Notes: generated by a model not told the origin, from the letters alone. A stretch of DNA of 64,000 nt from the human T2T-CHM13v2.0 reference genome, Homo sapiens (GCF_009914755.1 NC_060948.1), one strand, 5' to 3'; positions 10,303 to 19,699 are shown, counted from the stretch's first letter. Made by a program: numbers and translations.

Positions 10303-12570
10303 CTGGCCTCCTCTCTGTTCCGCCTCTAGGGCTGACCCTCTCTCCATGGGATAGAACTGCAATGGATTGAGCCATAGGCCCTGGCTGATGATCTAGGGGA
10401 CTGCAGAAGTGGGTCCAGGACAGTTCAGGTGACAGTTCAAAGCCAATTCCCCAGAGACCAAGGAATGACCAGCTAGGTCCTTTCCCATGATGCCCCACGG
10501 CGAACCCCACCTCAGCAATCCTGCCAAAACCCGGGCAGTCATGTTCAGCCAAACAGCTGAATGAGCTCAGGTAGGAGGTGTACTGCCTGCAGCTGGAGGC
10601 TTGACCTTCGTGATCCCAGAACCGCTGGACTGCAGTGGAATGAGACACCCTGTAGCCTGCAGGGAGAGGAGTCAGGAAGGTTCATGCCAGTCCCACCCTC
10701 CCACACACCAGCTCCCCTACCATGCTGGGAGGCATTCCTTACCGAGGATGCCAACACAGTGCTCCTTCATGATGATTTCACTGTGGAAATAAAGGTTGGG
10801 ATGAAAGGAAATCATCCTGCCACCGGTAACCGGGATGGCTGAGTTCCTCCACCTGCCGGATCAAGGAGAAAGAGGATGGATTCAATGGGACCATCTCAAC
10901 TAGCCGGGCTGAGGTGGCCTACTAGCTGTAGTGAACCATGAGTTTCCCCTTCCCAGCTCTCCCACTGAGACAACCCTGGTCCCCAGGGGGACCTCAAACT
11001 GACTCAGACACTGGACTCCTCCCACAGACCCAGGCTCCCCAGCCTGACCTGCAAATCCATCACGTAGCAAAGCAGGACTTCCGCATGCTTTCCGACCCAC
11101 GCCGACATCTCGTGTGCCAAACAATCTACCTCTGCGCAAGAACTCTCCAGAGGATTGGGTGGGCAAGCCTCGTGACGCCTTGCAATTTCGCAAGAACACA
11201 GACAATGTGGAACAGGGCCATCTCCCAGACATTTGGCCAGTCACCCTTCATTGTTGGCCCTCTATCTCTGTCTGGCGAGGAGGCAACGCCACAACTGTGG
11301 TGGTTTTTGGAGTGGGTGGACCCCGGCCAAGACGGCCTGGGCTGACCAGAGACGGGAGGCAGAAAAAGTGGGCAGGTGGTTGCAGCTGAGGGACGGGAGG
11401 GACCGGGGGTGGTGTGAGGCGGCTGCTTCTCTGAGTTTCTGAGATGCAGGAGGCCTTTGTGTGCTGGGTGCTGGACATGCTCCGCTGATGTCCGGGTGTG
11501 TGGTGTCCTCTTATCCTAGTCTCCCTGAGGGGTGGGCCTGTCCACCTGAGGGAAGCCTTGTAGTTAGAAGCCACAGCAGGGTCGTGCCTGGCGCTCTCCA
11601 AGGGAATTGCGTGGGTCCAGAGGAAGTTATACAGGCTCAGGGCCTACACGCCTTTGAGTGCAGCGCCTGCAGTTGGATGAATGCGCATCTGCGGAGCTGG
11701 TGCCCGCCGTCAGGTGGTCGGCAGCCCCATGCGCCGCGAACCCGTCTTAAGCACCTTGTGTTTCTGGGGTGAGCCTGCTGGAAACAGGCACCGAGAGCAG
11801 GGGTGGTTCAATGGCTGGTAATGGCATACAGATTCCCCGTCCTCCAGGGACGTTCCCAGGGAAACGCGTCCTTCGAATTTGGGCTGTGCGCAAAGGGACC
11901 TTGGCGCCGCGATTCTCCCTTGTCAGTGCTGGCCCTGGCTCCCCTTCCCTACCACGTGCTCCCAGGGCTGCTACAAGCGAGCTGCCCTCACAGCTGCGGG
12001 AACGTGGCCTCGGCTCCCACGCTGTCCCCCATCCCCTGCCTCCTGGCTGACCCCACGTGCCTCCCACCTGGCTCCTCCCCCCAAACAGCCCCCATACCCC
12101 CCGAGGCCCGATGACTATCCCCTGCTGCCCGCCATCCCAAATCGGCAGCCGCAAGGATATGGCTCTGGCTCACAAGGCGGAGATGCTCTGTGGCCTGGGG
12201 CATTCACGGAGCCCAGCTCCAAGTGAAGGACCTCCAGTGAGTCCATTGACGGCCCCGGTGTGCTCGGTCCAGGGCCAGGCTGTGCCCGCTGGCCCTCCTT
12301 CTGCCACCCCACGTCGGGCTCCACCTCAACCACCACCTCCACCTCAGCCATGATGTCTTCCACCTTCAGCACCGCCTCCTCTTCCAAGGCCGCCTCCTTG
12401 CTCTGTACCCCGGCCGTCCTCTCCAGCATTGCCTCCAGCCTGAACACGGTTTTCTCCTGGGTGCTCCCACAGACCCTGGGCCTGCGCAGCCCAGCCCAGC
12501 CCAGCCCATGCCCCGCACCCGTAGGCTCTGGGGGCCCGCTCCCCAGCAGACCCGCTCCCTGCAAGACCCA
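10303..12570 (-). pseudogene. FAM197Y: Inverted, unprocessed TSPY-family pseudogene (relic A, exons 1-5), in the FAM197Y/CYorf16 region
   Basis: Minus-strand exon homologues: e1 ~12570-12161 (VCGSTQEKTVFRLEAM...[17 protein letters not shown]); e2 11125-11049 (IVWH/EMSA...EVLLCYVMDLQ); e3 10852-10743 (VEELSHP/...FHPNLYFHSEIIMKEHCVGIL); e4 10656-10511 (YRVSHSTAVQRFWD...GFGRIAE); e5 10392-10303 (IISQGLWLNPLQFYPM). Frameshifts occur in e1, e2 and e3. The FAM197Y name rests on the known antisense unit of this array; its transcript boundaries cannot be derived here. Confidence 0.85.
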
Positions 12571-14250
12571 CGGGCGTCGCCCTGCTGTGAACCTGGTCCC
12601 ACACCTACGTGGACCCAGGTTTCCTGAGGAGCTCCGCTGGACCCGCAGATCCCGCACTGGCCAAAGGGCTCCGGTCCCCAGCAGGCTCAACTGCGCACAG
12701 GAGCTCGGGAGCCAGAGGCCCCGGCCCTGGGCTTGCAGAGCCCCACCAACAGGCACCGCAACCGCTGCTGCGGGTGCGGGAGCCTCTGGGTCGTCAAGGC
12801 AGCGCACAACAGCGTGTGTGCAGGCCGACAATGGCCAACCCTGGCGGCTGGCCTCTGGTGTGCCCAGGGCATAGGACAAGAGGCCCTTTGGAATGCTCCT
12901 TGGAGTACAGCATCCTCAGGGAGGAAGCATGGTACTCGGAGCCTCTATTTGCCTCGACCTGTGAGAGTGTGTGCCGGGGCTCTGGCCTCTACAGCAGATC
13001 AATTCCACCTCAGCACCGGCAGGCGACTTTCCTCCCACGTGCCCGCCCCGATCACTTCCCCCAGGACACCCCTGCCGCCCTAGCCCCAGCAACCAGAGAG
13101 AGTTCTCTGCATCTGCTGTATTACCTCCGTACCATCTACCTGGCCTGCCTAACGAAGAGAGATGTTTCCTGTGTTCATGACACATAGAGATGTTCATGGC
13201 TTGCCACACTGAGGATGTCAGGGCACAGGGCTGCCATGCCCACAGTTCCAAAGGCCACGCAGCCCGCGTGTGCCCGGATGCCTAGCTACCCGGCACAAGC
13301 TCCAAGGGCTTCTCGGAGGAGGCTTGGGCAGGGAAGGCGGGGGGTGGGGGGGCTGGAGATGCAGGCCCGCCAGTGGCTGTGCCGCCCAGGGAGACGCCCA
13401 CCGCCCTCCCATTGACTGGCCACGACGGGAGGAAGTCGGCCTGGGTGCGGCCCCCCGGCCCTTCGCGCGCAGTCCCTTAGGGGGCGCCTGGAAGCCCGGC
13501 GCATGCGCCCTGAGGGCTCGCTGACCTACCGGGTGCCAGAGAGGCTGCGGCAGGGTTTCTGTGGCGTGGGTCGGGCAGCACAGGCCTTGGTGTGTGCGAG
13601 TGCCAAGGAGGGCACCGCCTTCAGGATGGAGGCTGTACAGGAGGGGGCGGCCGGGGTGGAGAGTGAGCAGGCGGCTTTGGGGGAGGAGGCGGTGCTGCTG
13701 TTGGATGACATAATGGCGGAGGTGGAGGTGGTGGCGGAGGAGGAGGGCCTCGTGGAGCGGCGGGAGGAGGCCCAGCGGGCACAGCAGGCTGTGCCTGGCC
13801 CTGGGCCCATGACCCCAGAGTCTGCACTGGAGGAGCTGCTGGCCGTTCAGGTGGAGCTGGAGCCGGTTAATGCCCAAGCCAGGAAGGCCTTTTCTCGGCA
13901 GCGGGAAAAGATGGAGCGGAGGCGCAAGCCCCAGCTAGACCGCAGAGGCGCCGTCATCCAGAGCGTCCCTGGCTTCTGGGCCAATGTTGTATCCTTCTCA
14001 GTGTTTCTTCGGCCTTTCTAGTGGAGAGGTGCTCTCGGGGAAGTGTAAGTGACCGATGGGCAGCTCGGCGTCGATGTGACTCTTTGGGGAACAAAGGGGA
14101 GTTGCCACGGACCAGTGTGGCTGTGGAAAGCCGGAGCAGGCGTGGGTACTATTGTCCTGCATGCGGCAGAGAAACCCTTGGTGATGCCGAGCAGCAGACG
14201 TTTGGGGCATCTTTTTGAAGAGCAGAAGCGAGTTCAGAGCGGAAGAGGTT
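11600..14250. promoter_or_regulatory. CpG island spanning relic A exon 1, the TSPY promoter and TSPY exon 1 (also ~31860-34510 and ~52140-54790)
   Basis: Visibly GC- and CpG-rich against an AT-rich background. Contains a GC box CCGCCC at 13401-13406, an ETS-like GGAAGT near 13431 and no obvious TATA box. Boundaries were estimated by eye. Confidence 0.75.
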
Positions 14251-16065
14251 TTTCAGTGAATGAAGCTATTTTTAAGGGAGTGTGATTGCTGCCCCTTGCT
14301 AGTCCGATCTGGGACTGGGCGTCTTCGGCTATAAGCAGATTCTGCCACTCCTCAGACACCAGCAAGTCTCTGCAAATCGCGCCTCCCCATGTCAGTGCAG
14401 TCAGCCTCAGAATCATACACCCTCTGTGAACACAGGAGGCCTTAGTTTACGGGGAGGGGGAGGCGAAAGGAGATCATACATGGAAGCAGATCTGAGAAAT
14501 CCCCTACCCCAGCCTCTGGGTGCTCTTAGGCCTTCTTCCCTGTTGCTCCTCGCTTTCCCTTCCATCGTGTGTAAAGTCTCTTTGACCTAAATCAGATTGC
14601 AAACCACCCCCAGATGTCAGCCCTGATCACTGACGAAGATGAAGACATGCTGAGCTACATGGTCAGCCTGGAGGTGAGGCCAGGAAGACTGGGGCTAGAG
14701 GGTTTAGCGGGGGAGGGTAAGGGAAATAATTCATTCCTGTAAGCAAGAGTGAGCACCTCACCCGAAAACCTATCTAAGCTTTCTCCACCTTGTCCTGACA
14801 GGTGGAAGAAGAGAAGCATCCTGTTCATCTCTGCAAGATCATGTTGTTCTTTCGGAGTAACCCCTACTTCCAGAATAAAGTGATTACCAAGGAATATCTG
14901 GTGAACATCACAGGTGACAGGTGGCTCCCAGGATGGGTAGTGGAAGGAAGATGGTGGGTGGATCATTGCCAACGGGATCCAGCCCCCTTCCCACAAAAAC
15001 TCCTGTCTCTGTAGAATACAGGGCTTCTCATTCCACTCCAATTGAGTGGTATCCGGATTATGAAGTGGAGGCGTATCGCCGCAGACACCACAACAGCAGC
15101 CTTAACTTCTTCAACTGGTTCTCTGACCACAACTTCGCAGGATCTAACAAGATTGCTGAGGTGAGTCCTCACTGGGAAACATGAGGAATGACCCCGTGTG
15201 TTCCCAGCTGCTTGGGTCACCTTTCTGAGCCCTGATGAGGCCTTTCCCGATTGAGTCCCCTGACAGATCCTATGTAAGGACCTGTGGCGCAATCCCCTGC
15301 AATACTACAAGAGGATGAAGCCACCTGAAGAGGGAACAGAGACGTCAGGTGAGCCGTTAGTTGGCACTGGAGCTGTTTGATGCCCAGTATAAGGGGGTTG
15401 ACACACCTGCCTATTCAGGGAGCCTGGGTGCTCATTTCAGAAATGTAGAAATTGAGGCTCCTTTCGTACATGTAGAAATTCCTTGAGAGGAAGACAGAGA
15501 GTGACAGAATCCAGGACGTTCATGGCATTGGGCTGAAAAGGCACGTTAGAGACTGCACTGCAAAGCGGGTGATAGCTGTGGAGTCTTAAGCCCAGTGAAG
15601 AATCGTCCATTTCCAGAATCAATGAGAAGTAAAGCTGAAAATCATTCAGTTCAGTCTGTGGCACTTGATTCCACGGCTGTCAACCCCACCGGCAGTCATC
15701 CCACCAACCCCATGAGATTGGGCTCCCTGAATGTGCGTCCTGGTCATCCTTGCCCCAAACCACAAAGGACTGTTTAGATTGATGGATTTCCTTAAGCTGT
15801 TGCCCCATCAGACTTGTGTGTGCTTTTAGGGCCCAGTGCATCTTGTTAGCTGACTCCCCTCACAGACAATACTGGGAATGGGGCAGGGATTGCGCAGAAC
15901 AGTTTGTAACACGTGGTAGGAGGAAGTTTAAGGGATCACAAATGGGGAAGGGATATCCTTTTCTCAGCGGGCCCCACAATTGAAACATTTCAAAGTATGG
16001 CTCAGAGAAAATGCGTTTTAACATGAGTTTGTGTTTCTCTAGGGGACTCCCAGTTGTTGAGTTGA
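13503..16065 (+). CDS. TSPY: Testis-specific protein Y-linked (NAP/SET family), copy 1; spliced CDS of 308 aa
   Basis: Exons are 13503-13988, 14596-14673, 14802-14913, 15015-15160, 15267-15348 and 16043-16065 (486+78+112+146+82+23 = 927 nt), all with GT-AG introns. The translation [18 protein letters not shown]...FWANV|IANHPQMS...MVSLE|[10 protein letters not shown]...|[12 protein letters not shown]...KIAE|[14 protein letters not shown]...|GDSQLLS* is recognisably human TSPY. The specific numbered paralogue cannot be assigned. Confidence 0.97.
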
Positions 16066-16235
16066 ATATGATGGAGCATCAGATTTTACCTAATACAGCA
16101 GAACTCCTAAAAAGTTACAGCCATATGCAGGACGGCAGTACTCAGCATGGTCTTATGCACAGGAACTAAAGGAAAAAGAGATCGAGTCACAAAAATTCAG
16201 GAAGAGGGGGTAAATGTGGATTGTATGGAATGAAA

Positions 16236-16241
16236 AATAAA
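16236..16241 (+). terminator. TSPY polyadenylation signal AATAAA with downstream (GT)n element (also 36498-36503 and 56778-56783)
   Basis: AATAAA lies ~170 nt after the stop codon and is followed by a GT-rich tract at ~16255-16320. Confidence 0.85.
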
Positions 16242-16262
16242 CATTCTCAAGGATGTGTGACT

Positions 16263-16320
16263 CTGTGTCTGTGTGTGTGTGTGTGTGTCTTTGAGTTTGT
16301 GTGTGTGTGTGTGTGTGTAT
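16263..16320 (+). repeat. Interrupted (TG)n microsatellite just 3' of TSPY; length differs among units
   Basis: Read directly; the two tracts are shortest in unit 1 and longest in unit 2. Confidence 0.9.
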
Positions 16321-18977
16321 GTTTATCCACTTTATTCGGGTGTCATAATGAATTGATCAATCCACGTGCTTTATTCTCTTCATGGAAATAACCAGTCTGC
16401 GTTGGAGCTGGGCCTCTAAAGTTGTAGAGTGAATGGGTGTGGGATGTGTTGGGATTCTTCCTACAGGACAGAGTGGGAGAGGTAAAAGCAAAAGACAGCT
16501 TAGTTGGAGGCTGACTTCGTCCTGTGGAAGCAGAGATAGTTCAAGGAAAGGGGTTACTGGGTTTCCAGGGCCCAGTTTGCTGGGACCTCCAAAATCCTTC
16601 ATTTTGGGTATCATCATACACAGTAGCTAAGCACAGGATGATGGAAATCTTAAAGTTCGCTTTCGTGTTGAATCCACATGTTCTTTTAAAGGTGAATGCA
16701 TGATCCTTTTCTGGGACAATCAGCCTCTCAGGACTTCTGAAACATCAACGTGAGAAGAAATGGGCATGTAAGGTGTATGGAGGGACTGTGGGAAAGGTGA
16801 CAGAGGCATGTGGGAAGGCATTCAGGATACGCTTTTGGCATAGATGACTAAGGGAAAACAGAAACTTACAGAAGTGAGGGGAAAGGGGGTGGATTAGTGG
16901 AATATAAGATTGTTGGAGAATCCATCCATGGACTCTCTTGTCACTTGATGACCCAGGATATGGACACTCTTGTTGATGTTTACATCTTTAGTTGTTTTAA
17001 GCTTTTCTCCAAGATTCTGTGTTAGGTGAGGAGCCAATAACGTATGTAGCTAACAACAGTACGAGTGCATTTTGTGCTCTTGCAAAGTCTAGTGAGGCTC
17101 TATTCTCCCTCGTGATTGGCACTGCAGATTGTATCTGGAGCCCAGGGCCCCTAAATTTTCTGTGGCCTCTTCAGCATAGTTTGCCTAAGGTTTAGAACGT
17201 AAAGCGAATATAGTTGCGGAATATGTTTTGCAAGCCTCACACAGGAGGACAAAACATACAGCTTTCATTCGCGAGTGGGAGGCTGCTTCCCAGGAACACG
17301 TGTGTCTGCACAAGACAAGGGGTTGCCTCTGTCAAGGATGGGGCAGGAGGATTTCAGTGTCGGAGGCAGAACTTTCTTTCCTGTTCCCAGATGAAACAGT
17401 TCCAACACGAGCATCCATGTTGACCACACGCTACTAGAGTGCTAACATTGCTGTCCCGTATAGACTCTGGTCAGCACAGCTTCTGTGAGAAGAGCTATGT
17501 TGTTTCAGGGAAGAGGGTTTGACAGTCAAAGTTCCTGAATCTGTTGTGGTGCCTGCAATATGCATTCTACCCCTCCTGCTCGGTGTCAAAGCAGTTGAGC
17601 TTTGAAAATCTATCGCCCGGTTTTGTCCCTGCTCCTATGCAGACCTCTGAAGCTCTGGAGCGGGAGTCTTGTCCTCCTCTGACTACCGTCCCCCTGACCC
17701 ACAAACACAGGAGAAACAGGTGTTCTAAGCAAATTATTCTGAAAACAGTCGGAACCCTTTGGCCCCCTCAAGCTGCCCTGTATCCTACTGTGTGCATGTC
17801 AAAGACACTGTGGTCCAGTACGGTATCCCTATAGCGGCAATGGGGCAACAGATTGGTGTGTGCACTCTGGGCAACTCAGATTAGGAAACGTCTGGGGACT
17901 TGCCTATAACGAGGTCGTCTTAAAACGTGTTGCCCCAAATTTAAGGCATAGGAAAATGTTGAGGAAAGGGTCTTGCAATGATTTTTCTAGGAGGTAAATA
18001 GATAAGAAAATGACCGTAAATAGATGCCAGGGCTAGTTTTGGAGCTAGCCTGTTTTAAAGTGGTGGTAGGGGAGGAGCTTTTTCCAAGGCAGGTAGCAAA
18101 CCAGGAACTGTCTACGATGGATGGGCGTGCCACGGGTTGGTGGCTCAGCCATATTGCCACCCCACCGAGTGAATGCAGCAGACTGGGCTTCTTCCTTGAA
18201 TCCTACGTGCAATTCAGTCTAGTGATTTCACATGAGATCCCTTCTTCTGGTATTATCACAGATCGTGCTGAATTATACAGGCTGTGTAATGCTTCTTCCA
18301 CTGAATATCCGTGCACGTGGGCCACAGATGCTAAGGGCACTGACAAATTTGCACCGTGCCTCAGTAACTCGGAAGCACATCTGTGATTTGTACCGACAGG
18401 GACTTGGTGTCTTTTCGTGTTTAAAGTAGCACGTGTGTGTTTGTGGTTGCGTATGTTTATTTCTCTGTGCGGGTTTGTATATTTTCTCTGACTCCACCTG
18501 TGTCTCCGTGGTTCCGATATTTTTCCACACTCCCTGCGACAATTTGCACATGCCTATCTCTACAACCATTGTAGACTTTGTATCTGTGTCTTTGAACATC
18601 TGTCACTCTCTCTCCCTTCCTTTTTTCTTTTCCTTCCTTTACACCCCTTTCATCCTTCCCTTGCTTCCCCACCACACTCTCTCCATCTGTATCGTCTATC
18701 TTTCTATTCTCTATCTGGGTTTACTTTCTAATTCTGAATTCAAGGGCATTGAATTGAAAAGAAGCACTCTTCGTACTTTTATGTGTTTTAACTCATTTGG
18801 GGAATTTGGCGTGGTATTATTTACAGGGTTCTCTCTGCCCTTTCTCATTGTTCTCCCCAGCCGGGGCTGTTATTATGTGAAAGCTGGTTTCCTTCATCAC
18901 ATCGCGTAGGCTCTAATGATGTTTCGTTTATTTTGATTCTCCTCACACTACATAGTTTTAATTTACCTAATGTGACT

Positions 18978-19280
18978 GTTTTTTTGTTTGTTTTCCGAGA
19001 ATGGGTCTTACTCTGTCTTCTAGGTTGGACAGCAGCCCCACGATCTCAGCCCACTGCAGCCCAGGCACCACACACCCATGTGATCCTGTCAACTCAGACT
19101 CTCACACACCTGGCAGTACAGGTGCATGCCACCCCTCCAAGCTATGTATTAATTAACTAAATACTTACTTTTTGAATGTGGGTCCATGTTGCCCCAGGCT
19201 CATCTGGAACTCCTGAGTGCAGGCAATCCTCCCACCTCAGCTTATCAAAGTGCTGGGATGACAGGTGTGACCCATGGCCC
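18978..19280 (-). mobile_element. Old, strongly diverged antisense Alu (AluJ-like; also ~39242 and ~59520)
   Basis: gggtcttactctgtc...ccatgttgccccaggctcatctggaactcctgag...caatcctcccacctcagc...caaagtgctgggatgacaggtgtga. Confidence 0.8.
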
Positions 19281-19427
19281 TGCCATGGCTTTGTGTTTTT
19301 TGCTTTTTCTTCCTCCTCCTCACGTCTTGTTTTGAAACATGCACTGAAGGTTTCAATTCATGGACTATAGTCTCTGTGCCTGGAATTTCTATCTTTCAAC
19401 TCATCATCAGCATTCATTGGGATTTTC

Positions 19428-19560
19428 ATATATATATACACCTATATAAGAATACCTATGTACACACATATATACGTATATACATGTATATACGTATATA
19501 TGCACATTTATATACGTATATACATGTATATACGTATATATATACATGTACACATATGTA
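19428..19560. repeat. (TA)/(TACA)/(TACG) low-complexity alternating purine-pyrimidine tract containing two perfect palindromes
   Basis: Read directly; recurs at ~39693 and ~59971. Confidence 0.85.
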
Positions 19561-19699
19561 TTTATTTCTCAAGTTACGAAACGGCTTGCATTCTTTCCTG
19601 TGTCATGAAAAAGACTTTGCTAGAAAAGAAAAGCACTGCTTTATAATAAAATATTTTATTTGCATTTATTTTGTTAAGGCATTTTAAAAATTGTATGTT

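Noticed and set aside
10106-10648. 180-aa minus-strand ORF as a standalone gene
   Set aside because: It starts at GTG inside relic exon 4, then runs through the intron and through exon 5 out of frame.
12115-12879. 254-aa minus-strand ORF as an intact novel gene
   Set aside because: It starts at TTG, only its middle is TSPY-like, and it reads past a frameshifting deletion into intron sequence. It is better explained as relic A exon 1 in GC-rich, stop-poor DNA.
13503-14021. 172-aa ORF as the complete TSPY protein
   Set aside because: It is exon 1 plus 10 codons of intron 1. The spliced CDS is 308 aa.
16400-18950. Possible additional exons or an unrecognised element downstream of TSPY
   Set aside because: I could not recognise a protein family, repeat consensus or consistent splice pattern here, so it is left unannotated.
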